Assembly: GCF_001194135.2 (NCBI RefSeq)
Contig: NC_068997.1
Coordinates: 31,255,629 to 31,297,825 of the forward strand
Direction: 5' to 3'
From: Octopus bimaculoides
Taxonomy: Eukaryota
Length of the DNA: 42,197 nt
Of the stretch, positions 11,300-23,158 are shown in pieces. Position numbers and translations under genes: made by a program. The notes under the pieces are model-generated. The model worked only from the letters and a program-made list of their open reading frames with translations, was not told where the DNA came from and made no database searches. How positions within the stretch are numbered: position 1 is the stretch's first letter; every line of letters begins with the position of its first letter.

Positions 11300-12420
11300 T
11301 TAATATAATAACAAGATGGTTATAGTATTTTTAATTTGTAATAACTTAAATTGATCTGAATTATCAAACACTAATTGTCTTATGGTTGCGAAATTTACTG
11401 AACTTAAGGTGCTGTAGTAAATGTTTGCCATATATTGTTTTTTAACCCTTTGTAGACGTTCATCCCTTCAGCATTGAATCTATTCCATCACTTTTATTTT
11501 ATATAAATACCAGTAATATTGTTTGTTAGATACGGTTTAGTGAATATTTCACTGTTGCTGAAATTGTCCAAATACCTCAGGATAAAAATCGATATTTTAA
11601 GGATCAGATATCGATAGATGTAGGTGTTTAGTGCGTCTCTCAATGTTGAAGAAAAGTTATCTCGAAATGTCGGTCTACTTACATATCTAAAATATTTATC
11701 GATGTCGGAGACTGTTGAATTTGTGTTTCTGTTCTTTCAGGCTAGAGAATAGAGGAAAAACAATGTTAATTATTGAAAGAAACATTTGGGTTAGTATTTC
11801 TAGGTATTTGAAAAAAGGTTTTAAGTAAAATATATGTTTCAAGGAGGAGGTATATAAGTAACAGTAGTAAGCAAGAGACAAAGAATAACCACATCTAAAA
11901 GTCCAACTACACACAGATATAGACAGAAAAATCCATTTACAGAAAAAGATAAACAGTTTTATTTTCAATTTAGTTTTAGAGATTTCATCATGGTTAGCAT
12001 CATTGATTTCAAATGAAGATCTGAAATCGTATTTACATCTATTTTATTTTTATGAGGTTCAGTATTTATGATATCAGTGCAGATCCTTTGATATCTCATT
12101 AATTTAGATATAATAAAATAAAATCTTTAAGAAAATAAAATCATCAGATGTAATAAGAAACACAGTTTATATAGTATACATGAATTATAAAGTTCACATC
12201 CTGAAATCATCAAAAGACTCCCAAAAGCCTAAAATTCACGGAAGGAAAACAGTAAAGACATTAAATAGTTTTATAAGTTGTAGGAAGTTTTTTAAAATTA
12301 TGATGAACATATAAATATCATATAATACAAGTTTATCTTAGCTATACATTTTCGCAATTGAAAAACGAACATATATTTATACAATATTTTACATTGAATT
12401 TGTATAACTTTTGCAAGGAT
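11300..12420 (+). mobile_element. Possible very old PLE remnant (ORF end, UTR, then ORF start)
   Basis: Weak motifs only: TL*TFIPSALN (~11445-11480, like the GIY-YIG end L.T..P.GLN), a decayed hammerhead-like tgttgaaga...ctcgaaatgtc (11643-11671), KGFK and a PKIH-like stretch (~12230). Confidence 0.3.
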
Positions 12421-12621
12421 TGTGCAGTCTAAACAGAAACTAACTTCTTATCTTTCTCAAGTCACCCATGATTGTAGGGGTCTTGCACAAATACTATTCA
12501 CTTATGAACTTAACTCTAACGCTTCCTTGCTACACTAGGGCATTAGTTTTAGTGACATAAACATCTATATTCTCAGATCATCATAGGCATCAACAATGCA
12601 AACATGACTGGAGTACAGCAT

Positions 12622-12668
<47 letters not shown>

Positions 12669-13037
12669 NNNNNNNNNNNNNNNNNNNNNNNNNNNNNNNN
12701 NNNNNNNNNNNNNNNNNNNNNNNNNNNNNNNNNNNNNNNNNNNNNNNNNNNNNNNNNNNNNNNNNNNNNNNNNNNNNNNNNNNNNNNNNNNNNNNNNNNN
12801 NNNNNNNNNNNNNNNNNNNNNNNNNNNNNNNNNNNNNNNNNNNNNNNNNNNNNNNNNNNNNNNNNNNNNNNNNNNNNNNNNNNNNNNNNNNNNNNNNNNN
12901 NNNNNNNNNNNNNNNNNNNNNNNNNNNNNNNNNNNNNNNNNNNNNNNNNNNNNNNNNNNNNNNNNNNNNNNNNNNNNNNNNNNNNNNNNNNNNNNNNNNN
13001 NNNNNNNNNNNNNNNNNNNNNNNNNNNNNNNNNNNNN

Positions 13038-13076
<39 letters not shown>

Positions 13077-13104
13077 GGGAGAGAGAGAGAGACTTTGCTG
13101 CATG

Positions 13105-15342
13105 CATACAAGCCTTAAGCATAGCACTCGTGAAAACTCACCTCAGCCCTGATGTAGAGAATGCAGAAGTACACGTGCCAAAATATACCACACTGCGAAC
13201 AGACAGAAGGGAAAGGAACCATGGTAGAGTTGCTGTATACATGCGCGATGACCTCACACTCCAGATCTTACTGTCATATTCAAATTCAACATGTGACACA
13301 CTAATTGTATACATAAGACAACACAATATAGTCATATGCAATATATAGTGCCCACCGGATGCTCCAAACCACATAGGCAAGTTTGAAAATTTACTCAGAA
13401 GAATTAAAGAAATCCTCATGAAACTGGAACACCACCTGAGCGTATTTCTTATGGGTGATTTCAACTCCCCCTACGTCAAATGGTCCGAAGGCCTCATGGT
13501 CTCAGGAATGACTCATTGCAAACAAGCACAGGTGAAGTTCCTGCTCAACCTCAACTTGCTCCTATTCATGGAGCAAGTTGTACCCAGACCAACAAGGGCG
13601 AATAACATTTTAGATCTCTACTTCATGAACAATATGGACATTTTTCATGATGTGGAAGTGACGCCGACATTAGTCTCGGATCACAATATAATAGAGCTGT
13701 TTTTGTTTGGGCCGATAGTAGCCAGAGACACACACCCTAAAGGAAGCACCCGAAATCTTTCCAATCTGAACTTCCACAAAGGAAACTGGAAATCGATCCA
13801 AAAAGAGACCCTCACACAAGACTCCACACCAGACATTGGCATGAAGCTAGAATATTTCATGTCTGTTATGCAGACATCCCAAAAGTAGCGAAAGTTCCCG
13901 CCCAGATTAAACAGTGATGGAGATTGAAAAAAGCCTGCAAGAATCCTATGTGAGGGAAAGAGCAGACAAAGAAGCCTGGGTTATAAAAACCATTACGTCA
14001 AACCCAAAGGCCTTAGTACGCTGCAAGATAGGACCCCTCTTCGAACAGGATGGCTCCCTGACAGATAATGACTTGCTGAGTGACACCCAGCATGAATTTT
14101 GACCAAGTAGGAGCTGCCTGACCCAGCTCTTACAACATTATGACTATGTGTTGAGGCAGTTACTCAAGAACTCAAATGTGGACGTAGTATACTTTGATAA
14201 AGTGGATCATGGTATGATATGCCACAAACTGCGTGATCTCAGCATAGCTGGAAATTTTGGAGAGTGGTTACATGACTTTCTGAAAGATAGAAGTCAGGCA
14301 GTAGTGGCCAATGTAGCCAACACAATGAAAACACATACAGTGAGCGGTGTTTCACAGGGCACTGTCTTGGGACCGATGCTTTCCATAGTGGCACTCTCAG
14401 ATATGCCCTTGACTGCCCGGATAGCCACCCTTGCTAGCTACGCAGACGATACGAAAGTTTCGCAGAAAATACAGAACCCCAGCGAAGTTGCACATCTGCT
14501 GCAAGTGTTGGACTCAATTTACAGATGGGCTGAGGTTAATAATATGCAGTTTAATGTTCAAAAACTGAACATGAAACTTACAGGGTACACTGGTCCACAA
14601 GGAATTACAATCCCAGAAGCTAAATCAGTGAGGGACCTGGGTATCGATATGAATGATGATACCTCTTTCCAAGTGCACATTACCAGGATGGCGACAAAGT
14701 GCAGACGATTGGCTGAATGGATCCTAAGAACATTCAGAACTAGAGATAACGAAACCATAAGGGTCCTCTGGAGGACATTCGTCCACAACCGCCTGGATTA
14801 CTGCTCCCAGCTATGGTCACTCAACAGTGCTAAATTAACAGCGGACCTTGAAGCAATCCAGCGAAACTTCACAAAGAAGATGGACTCTTTGCAACAGATC
14901 AGCTATTGGGAAATGCTAAGACTCGACTCCCTGAAGCGAAGGCGGGAGAGGTTTGAAGTAATATATGTCTGGAAGATCCTGAAAAGAATTGTGCCAAATT
15001 TTGGCATTGAAATCTAACCAATGCCAGAACGGGTTGACACTGCATAGTGGCAAAGATCCCTGCAATGCCATTGTGCTTCCGGAGAAATTACTGCAACAGC
15101 CTGGGTTTCAGGGGCTTATAGTTTTTAATATTCTCCCAAAGAACCTGAGGAACCTACACAAAGTAGATATAGGCGTTTTTAAATCAAGGCTGAATCTCTT
15201 CCTGTCGAGAGTCCCAGAGGAACCTACCTCACGTCAAGTGAGGGTAGCTACATCAAACTCCATTCTTCACCAAGTGCCACATATTAGAGGAGGCTCTCAG
15301 TAATAAAAGGGTAGCAAAAGGGCGGTGCCCCAGCATGGCTAC
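13105..15342 (+). mobile_element. CR1-group LINE, ORF2 pseudogene (APE + RT) with 3' tail
   Basis: APE motifs TH(W)LSPDV...RTDRRERNHGRVAVY, LMGDFNSPYVKW, NNILDLYF and SDHNIIE. RT motifs FDKVDHG, SGVSQGTVLGP, YADDTKV and RLDYCSQLWS. Frameshifts and an internal deletion are present. The 3' end runs into a 10-N gap followed by (ATT)n. Confidence 0.9.
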
Positions 15343-15352
15343 NNNNNNNNNN

Positions 15353-15430
<78 letters not shown>

Positions 15431-15694
15431 TCGTAAGAAATATATAGAACTGCTTAAGAAGTGTTCGCGTCGAACCCAAGACAAAAGATAAGAATTAAAA
15501 TAAAAACCCAAATTCGGCTATCAACTTTTATTTTACAAAAGTATACATAGTTATAAATTCGATTTTAAATTTATATATACATATATTAATACATATCGAC
15601 ATATAAAATATATACGAATATGTTTAATAATATAAATATATATAAATATAGATAAACTAAACATTGTCAGAATGAGCTTTTCTAATGAGGATAC

Positions 15695-15787
15695 CTTTCC
15701 TGATGAAGGGGACATTTTCTGCATGGATTGTAAAATTTGTCTTAATTTTTCTCCCGGGACATGAACTCTGGAAACGGCCGTAGAAAG
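15695..15787 (+). ncRNA. Type I hammerhead-ribozyme-like motif with long stem II region
   Basis: ctttc-CTGATGA(15700-06)...GAAA(15771-74)-CGGCCG-TA-gaaag. Stem I ctttc/gaaag, palindromic minimal stem III, GUA cleavage triplet. Confidence 0.6.
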
Positions 15788-16210
15788 TAAATTTCTTCTG
15801 ATTATATTATATAGTATTTATACATTTGAAAAGAAAAAATTCTTTAACACTCTTAATGTCTCTTAATTTTAGTATAGAAAAATATTTTTACCAGCTCTCT
15901 TTTCCTCACATTTTTCTATACACATCATACGTATATTCTATTTACATGTGTTTTATGTATATTTATATATATTTATATTTTTTTTTAAATATTCATATAT
16001 ATTTTATATGTCGATATGTATTAATATATATATATATTTATATATATATATATATAAAAATACAAAATGGGACAAGAACGCAAAATATCCAGAGTTAGCT
16101 CATACAAGAAGGGGACAACAAAACATCCAGATGGACGCTACAACTTATATATATCTCTCTCTCTATATATATATCTATCTATCTGTCTCTCTCTCTCTCT
16201 CTATCTCTCT

Positions 16211-16255
<45 letters not shown>

Positions 16256-16259
16256 AAAA

Positions 16260-18376
16260 GATAATTACACTTATCAACTCACAAATAAACTAAAACACAG
16301 ACCAAACTTCAACAAGAGACAATGGAACGACCTTAACGAACTAAAAGAAGATAAAACAATAACAATTAAAGAGGCAGATAAAGGTAACGCAGTAGTCCTA
16401 ATGAACACGAGGGACTATAAAAACCCAGTACTATCTTTATTAGATGATGAAAGGCCCCACACTATAACCAACATAAAATAATGAATAACCTCAGGACATT
16501 AATTAACTCATACCGGGATGAACTCACAGACAAGGAGAACGACTACATTACAAATTTCAAGAGTAAATCAAGTTTATTCTACGGCATCCCCAAAATCCAC
16601 AAAAGCAGAATAATAAGCGATGCATGCAAAGGAGCTATAGACATAATTATCAAGGTCCCCGCACCTGATGACCTGAAACTAAGACCAATAATAGCAGGTC
16701 CAGCATGTGAAACCCACCGCCTCAGCAGCTTCTTGGACACTCTACTGAAACCCTTCCTGAAACACATCAAGAGCTTTATAAGAGATGACCTGGACATGCT
16801 AAACCACCTCCCAAAAACGGTCAATGAAAAAACACTACTAGTATCCTTCGACGTAGTCAACCTATCTTCAAACATCCCCCACACTTTAGGAATAGAAGCC
16901 ATCACTTTCTGGTTAGACAATTACACATATGAACTCTCCTCTCGCATTAAAAAAGAACTTATAATAGAAGGACTTAGATTTATCCTAAAAAATAATTATT
17001 TTATATTTAACAATGAATACTTCCGACAAAAATCGGGAACTGCAATGGGAACACGGACTGCGCCTACTATTGCGAACCTGGTAATGGGCTATCTCGAGAT
17101 TAAACTATACCAGAGAACACTCGAGAAATATGGAAGCTCCTTTTCTACATACATACAAAACAGCTGAAAAAGATATCTCGACGACTGTTTCATCCTCTGG
17201 AATGAAAGTATAGAAAAGTTCAACGAATTCCAAACACTTCTAAATGGTATAAACGAAAACTTCCAATTTACGATGGAATACAACAATCAGCAACTACCGT
17301 TTTTAGATATCCTCATAAAGAAAGTCGGAAACAAGATAGAGACAGACATCTATTATAAACCCACTGACTCGAAACAGTACCTACCATTTGATTCTTGCCA
17401 CCCGAGACACACCAGGACTAATATCCCATTTTGTTTAGCCAAAAGAATATGCACTATAGTATCAGATGCAGACACCCGTTATACACAACTCCAGGAATTG
17501 AAATCCACACTCATAAATAGAAACTATCCACAGCCTTTAATCGAAAATACGATCCAAAGAGTACTTAAATTAAATACACAAGAATTTAGACAACCAAGAC
17601 CCAAGGAGGAAGAAAAATTAAAAACCCTGCCTTACATCTCCACATACAACCCACACGACAATGAGGCCTTCAACAACATACTCCACAGCACAGCTCTACT
17701 CAAGAAAGACGCTAAAATGAACCAAATCCTCAAAACACATACAATAATCAAAAGTAAGAGGCAACCAAAATCAATGAGAAAGATTATAACCCAGGCCAAA
17801 TTACACTCAACAATAACCACTAAACCTACAGTAAAAAAAATGCGGGAGACCCAACTGTGGGATTTATGTCAACGTAATAGAAAGATCGGAACATCGATTA
17901 GAACAAGACCATAATTTCACAATAAAAACTAATTTTACATGTGCATCGGAGAACTTGATCTACCTAATTACATGCTCTGGATGCAAACGGCAATATATTG
18001 GACACACTAACACCAGCCTTCGTCAGAGGATGGCGGTACACAAATCCCAAATTAGGATCCCAGAAAACAGGAAAATATCTCTCAGCCAGCACATCGACGA
18101 ATGTGCTTACAACAAATTTCCCAAATTCACGTTTCCACTATACAAATTCAAAGACAATGCTAGCCAAAATGAACGCATTAGCAAGGAAATATTTTTATAA
18201 GAAAATACCGACCAAGTCTAAATTCTCTAAACTAGCAACAGTGAAACTTTCATATATATTTTAATATATTTATACGTAGATTTGCAAGTTATTCATAAGA
18301 AATAAACAAAGGTGATCGAAGTACCCGATTTCTATTAAAACCATAGGGGGAACAAGTTTACCACAACGACTCCCAT

Positions 18377-18408
<32 letters not shown>

Positions 18409-18720
18409 TTCTTATTATCATTACTGCTACTAGTTATTCGACAGCTACAACCACTCCTAGAATTCTAGACCACTATTTAATTTACAAAAACAGATAGTAG
18501 TAATCTACTAGCACAACAAGTTGGAATTACCATGTTTTCAGAACTGAACGAAATGACCACGGGCGCATACAAGAAATAACAGTAAACTATGAATGTCATT
18601 CTTAATGTTAATTTCAATTTTATTGTATTAATAGCCTTTTTCTCTTCTCACATATTTTATATTCATTTTTGATTAGGTTTTTTCAGAAAAACCGAAACAT
18701 GTAATTTAATTAAAACACCC
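16260..18720 (+). mobile_element. Penelope-like element (Neptune-like), RT + GIY-YIG, pseudogenised
   Basis: IKEADKGNAVVLM, FYGIPKIHK, LRPIIAG, LVSFDVVNL, GTAMGT, *KRYLDD (17165-85), LPFLDI, YYKPTD..QYL..SCHP, a Cys-rich linker (CGRPNC) and LIYLITCSGCKRQYIGHT...H. ORF-track pieces 16481-17167, 17273-17914 and 17955-18200. The 3' UTR ends at (AT)n. Confidence 0.92.
18661..18710 (+). ncRNA. Decayed hammerhead-like motif in the PLE 3' end
   Basis: ttgatta (CUGAUGA with 2 changes), a perfect 7-bp stem ggttttt/aaaaacc, then GAAA-CATG-TA. Stem I is imperfect. Confidence 0.45.
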
Positions 18721-18763
18721 CAAAAATGTTTTAAACAGTAGCATTTTCATTTTTATTCATCTT

Positions 18764-18832
<69 letters not shown>

Positions 18833-19515
18833 NNNNNNNNNNNNNNNNNNNNNNNNNNNNNNNNNNNNNNNNNNNNNNNNNNNNNNNNNNNNNNNNNNNN
18901 NNNNNNNNNNNNNNNNNNNNNNNNNNNNNNNNNNNNNNNNNNNNNNNNNNNNNNNNNNNNNNNNNNNNNNNNNNNNNNNNNNNNNNNNNNNNNNNNNNNN
19001 NNNNNNNNNNNNNNNNNNNNNNNNNNNNNNNNNNNNNNNNNNNNNNNNNNNNNNNNNNNNNNNNNNNNNNNNNNNNNNNNNNNNNNNNNNNNNNNNNNNN
19101 NNNNNNNNNNNNNNNNNNNNNNNNNNNNNNNNNNNNNNNNNNNNNNNNNNNNNNNNNNNNNNNNNNNNNNNNNNNNNNNNNNNNNNNNNNNNNNNNNNNN
19201 NNNNNNNNNNNNNNNNNNNNNNNNNNNNNNNNNNNNNNNNNNNNNNNNNNNNNNNNNNNNNNNNNNNNNNNNNNNNNNNNNNNNNNNNNNNNNNNNNNNN
19301 NNNNNNNNNNNNNNNNNNNNNNNNNNNNNNNNNNNNNNNNNNNNNNNNNNNNNNNNNNNNNNNNNNNNNNNNNNNNNNNNNNNNNNNNNNNNNNNNNNNN
19401 NNNNNNNNNNNNNNNNNNNNNNNNNNNNNNNNNNNNTTAACATTGCTTGTTTTCACCTTTTCAATATCAGTGAAGAATGCCACTGGAAAAGAAGATATAA
19501 GATTTGCCAGGTTTT

Positions 19516-19610
19516 TCTCTCTCACCAAGGTCATCAGCTGTCGAACGCCGACGAAGGGAAATAACCCTGAAATCCGGATACGTTCGTGCTGCTGGCCGTG
19601 GTGAGAGGGA
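19516..19610 (+). ncRNA. Type I hammerhead ribozyme candidate with extended stem I
   Basis: cgaacg-CCGACGA-AGGG(aaataa)CCCT-GAAA-TCCGGA-TA-cgttcg (19542-19586). Outer pairings cagc/gctg and ctctcacca/tggtgagag. Confidence 0.7.
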
Positions 19611-20229
19611 TAACTCCCTTGGCAAACAGGACACAGTCGTGTGTCGATAAGCCAGCTGGAGGAGATGTCCTCCTGGGGCTAAAAGCAACAGTAACATCCA
19701 CCCCTAGGGGTCAGCCACACTTAAGTGGCAATATACTACACTATATATATATATATATATATATATAGGCTAAATGAAGACGGAAGAAGTAAGATACGAG
19801 AATTTTTATAAATCACTACAATTGTTCCGATCCGACACATCTAGAATTGATCCCTCACGGTTGGGATGCTTAACAGTTGTGTATGTACGTACGTACGTAT
19901 GTATGTATGTATGTATGTATGTATGTATGTATGTATGTATGTATGTCATTGTTCAGTTTTATTTCAAGATTTCTTGCCAATAGAGAAAGCTGATTTCTAA
20001 CCTAGATCCAAGGCATCTTCATTGAAATGCATGCATGTGGGAATGTGTGTGAGCATTCGTGTGCGTGCGCATTTTTGAGTGTGTGTGTGTATATGTGTGT
20101 GAATGTGTGTGTCTACGAGTGCGCTGAAAATTCAACAGGTTTGACATGAGTAAATTTATATTAAAAATAAAATGAGAAAATAGCTTGAGAAATTTATCAA
20201 GAGAAAATATAAAATTATTTACGTTTCTA

Positions 20230-20680
20230 TTTACAAACACTGGAAAATACATTAACAAGTTCCAAACTATGCAATAGCAACAGAACCATCCGTTAAAATA
20301 TGTGGAATACCCAACTGTGGTCTATGTTTTGTTTTATGTCTGAAAGATCAGATAAGCATTTTAAACAGAAGCAAGTCTTCAACATTAAGAAAGAAACTTT
20401 ATCTCTGCATCTGAAAGGCAATTGTATTCAATAATACCAGGAAAATGTGGAGAAAGCTACATCTTGAAGACAATTCATGACTCAGCATAGATCACAAATT
20501 AGAATACTGTAGTCCAAGCAAATAGGATTCAGTGGACATATAGATACATGTGCCAGTAAGCATCAACCTAATTTTATAATCTTCCATTTTTATCAATTTA
20601 ATGAAGGTATATTACAACAGCAATACATGAACAAATAAACATTCGTAACTAAATATTGACTATTTCTAAACGATTGTAGT
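20230..20680 (+). mobile_element. Second Neptune-like PLE GIY-YIG 3' fragment
   Basis: EPSVKICGIPNCGLC...MTQHRSQIRI...FSGHIDTCASKHQPNFIIFHFYQF parallels 17820-18170 (KPTVKK-CGRPNC...MAVHKSQIRI...SQHIDECAYNKFPKF). Confidence 0.75.
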
Positions 20681-21381
20681 AAAATCTCGATCAATGTAGT
20701 TAGTTCAATGCAAGTAAAGATTATGTGCGAGAAGCTGATAGGTGAGTGGAGTGCGAATGCCTCACAAAATCTCTCAGGCATTTCCAACTGTTTGAAGGCT
20801 TTGCCTCAATTTCCTAAATACACCAATGTGAACTTGGTCAAATCGCTGTGAATCATCCAAGTCATTATTAGATACTACTTTATTAGGATTGNNNNNNNNN
20901 NNNNNNNNNNNNNNNNNNNNNNNNNNNNNNNNNNNNNNNNNNNNNNNNNNNNNNNNNNNNNNNNNNNNNNNNNNNNNNNNNNNNNNNNNNNNNNNNNNNN
21001 NNNNNNNNNNNNNNNNNNNNNNNNNNNNNNNNNNNNNNNNNNNNNNNNNNNNNNNNNNNNNNNNNNNNNNNNNNNNNNNNNNNNNNNNNNNNNNNNNNNN
21101 NNNNNNNNNNNNNNNNNNNNNNNNNNNNNNNNNNNNNNNNNNNNNNNNNNNNNNNNNNNNNNNNNNNNNNNNNNNNNNNNNNNNNNNNNNNNNNNNNNNN
21201 NNNNNNNNNNNNNNNNNNNNNNNNNNNNNNNNNNNNNNNNNNNNNNNNNNNNNNNNNNNNNNNNNNNNNNNNNNNNNNNNNNNNNNNNNNNNNNNNNNNN
21301 NNNNNNNNNNNNNNNNNNNNNNNNNNNNNNNNNNNNNNNNNNNNNNNNNNNNNNNNNNNNNNNNNNNNNNNNNNNNNNNNN

Positions 21382-21777
21382 NCAGCTGAGGAAGTGGCAG
21401 ATGTACTGATCTGCTGTGTGGGACGCAAATCACAGGGAATGCATGACCTGCCTTATGAGCTATATTTTTACATGCAAGACTTGTTTGCTCCTCTCCTGGC
21501 AGGCAGCTGTCTAATACATCTTGAAACAAACTGGGTGAATTTCCATTCGAGTGAGTCAGGGAGTAGTGGCACTTCTGAGGAAGAACCCGAACGAAGGAAA
21601 CGTGATTGTAAATTTCAGGCCCACAACTCAGCTTAACACGAGGTTAATGATTTTAAGTAAGGTGCTTGCTACGAGGCCGGCGATTGTTATTTATAGTGTA
21701 ATCGCAGACAAGGAAACCTGTACTTTCCCTGGCGTACCAATCCACGGCAACTTCCATTTTATGTGGTACATCGTAGA
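21382..21777 (+). mobile_element. Tx1/L1-clade LINE RT fragment
   Basis: AEEVADVL...KSQGMHDLPYELY...VSQGVVALLRKNPNEGNVIVNFRPTTQLNTRLMILSKVLATR...ETCTFPGVPIHGNFHFMWYIVE (early RT domains). Homologous to 27700-28070. Confidence 0.8.
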
Positions 21778-21838
21778 ATGTGTCTCTACGATGTGCCGCA
21801 TGAAATGGAAGTTGTTGTGTATTGGTACGCCAAGGAAA
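21724..21838. repeat. Near-perfect inverted repeat (54-bp arms, 7-nt loop)
   Basis: 21724-21777 vs the reverse complement of 21785-21838: 47/54 identical. Loop atgtgtc. Confidence 0.95.
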
Positions 21839-21839
21839 T

Positions 21840-22330
21840 TGTTCTTTGGTTTCAGCTGTATCTCATGTTGTTATTTGTCTTTCCTACTGCCTGGTCTTTC
21901 GTTTCCAGTTCACGTTTGATCTCCTCCGTCTCCAATGCTGTCATCCACTTTCTTCTAATAGCAATAGCTTGATCCACTAGTCTGCTCAGTCACTTAAAAT
22001 ATGCCCTTTTCTACCCAAAGTATTAACACCCGTTTTCTATAGCCCCTTCCTTACGTTCACTTTCTAAGTAGCACTGCAACACTATCCTGTTTTCTTCGCT
22101 GGTCCAGATCTCCTTCTAGCTCTATAATTTGATGATGCTGTATTAGGATAACAGCTGTGGTCAATCTGCATCGTTACTGAACCAATGCCGAGCGAGCGGC
22201 CTTCTCTTAAAGATCCATCCTCATTTTTTCTGTCACATGCAGAGTTTCTACGCAAACTCCTGTCTCTCATAAACTTTCGTCAACATCGTCATCCCCACTA
22301 TTATTTTTCGACATCTGATTGCCTCAAGTA
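21840..22330 (-). mobile_element. Probable N-terminal fragment of an R4/Dong-type LINE
   Basis: Minus strand reads ENRIVLQCYLESERKEG...WVEKGIF*VTEQ-RLVDQAIAIRRKWMTALETEEI, resembling the TEQRL.DQ...I N-terminal motif of these elements. A weaker similar fragment may continue to ~22800. Confidence 0.5.
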
Positions 22331-22964
22331 ACTTTCTATTGCGTCACTTGCTGGTATTTTCTGTGCTGGTGAGGTGTGTGTGCTTCACCTTTTATTCCTG
22401 GGGAATATCGTATTGCATCAGTAAGTTTTGTTATGGGGTTCGATTTGTGTCATTTATTGTTTTAGTTTTTGTATTGTGTTGTTTGTGCAGTGCAAGTAGT
22501 GTTATTTTATTGGGTATCGGGCCTCTATTGCAGATGTAGTGGGGTTGTTTATTTTATTGGGTATTTACTGTATGAGCTTAATCCTGTATAATTTTGATGG
22601 AGTTTTGCATGGTAATGTGTGCAGATCATAAATCAGCCATTTCATAGTATTCGCGGTAATCTGTCCATCGCCTTTTCTTTTTGGTTGATTTTGTTATGGG
22701 TCATTCTTTGCAACGTTTACTTTTTCGCAGAACACCGCCCATGGAATGTGTTGATGTTTCTTTCGTATTTATAATAATTATTGATGAATAAGCGAGAGAC
22801 CGCGAAGAAACAGGAATGTGCATATATAGAGAGGGACTGTATAGATATGGATTGATACTTATGTGATTAACATTTGATTAAATTTTACTCCCAGATATGC
22901 AGCATTTTATCGAGGTATTGCAATCCATCTTCTTTACATTTTCAGGCATTTGTTATTGTCATTT

Positions 22965-22983
22965 TTATTATCATTATTATTAT

Positions 22984-23055
<72 letters not shown>

Positions 23056-23082
23056 CATCACCACCACCACTACTACTACTAC

Positions 23083-23156
<74 letters not shown>
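22965..23156. repeat. Compound trinucleotide microsatellite (TTA)(CTA)(CAC)(TAA)(TTA)
   Basis: Read directly from the sequence. Confidence 0.95.

Positions 23157-23158
<2 letters not shown>

Noticed and set aside
17165-17167. In-frame TGA in the PLE RT as possible selenocysteine (Sec-encoding PLEs exist)
   Set aside because: It falls at the conserved Trp of W.RY.DD, so TGG->TGA decay is the simpler explanation. The element also has frameshifts and a C-terminal endonuclease, unlike the N-terminal-EN Naiads.
19505-19537. Minus-strand CTGATGA...GAAA opposite the 19542 hammerhead (possible ambisense ribozyme pair)
   Set aside because: No stem II, stem III or cleavage-site pairing can be drawn.
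20700-20891. Short open stretch on minus (DDSQRFDQVHIGVFRKLRQSLQTVGNA) as a host exon
   Set aside because: No recognisable motif, weak splice signals and truncated by a gap.
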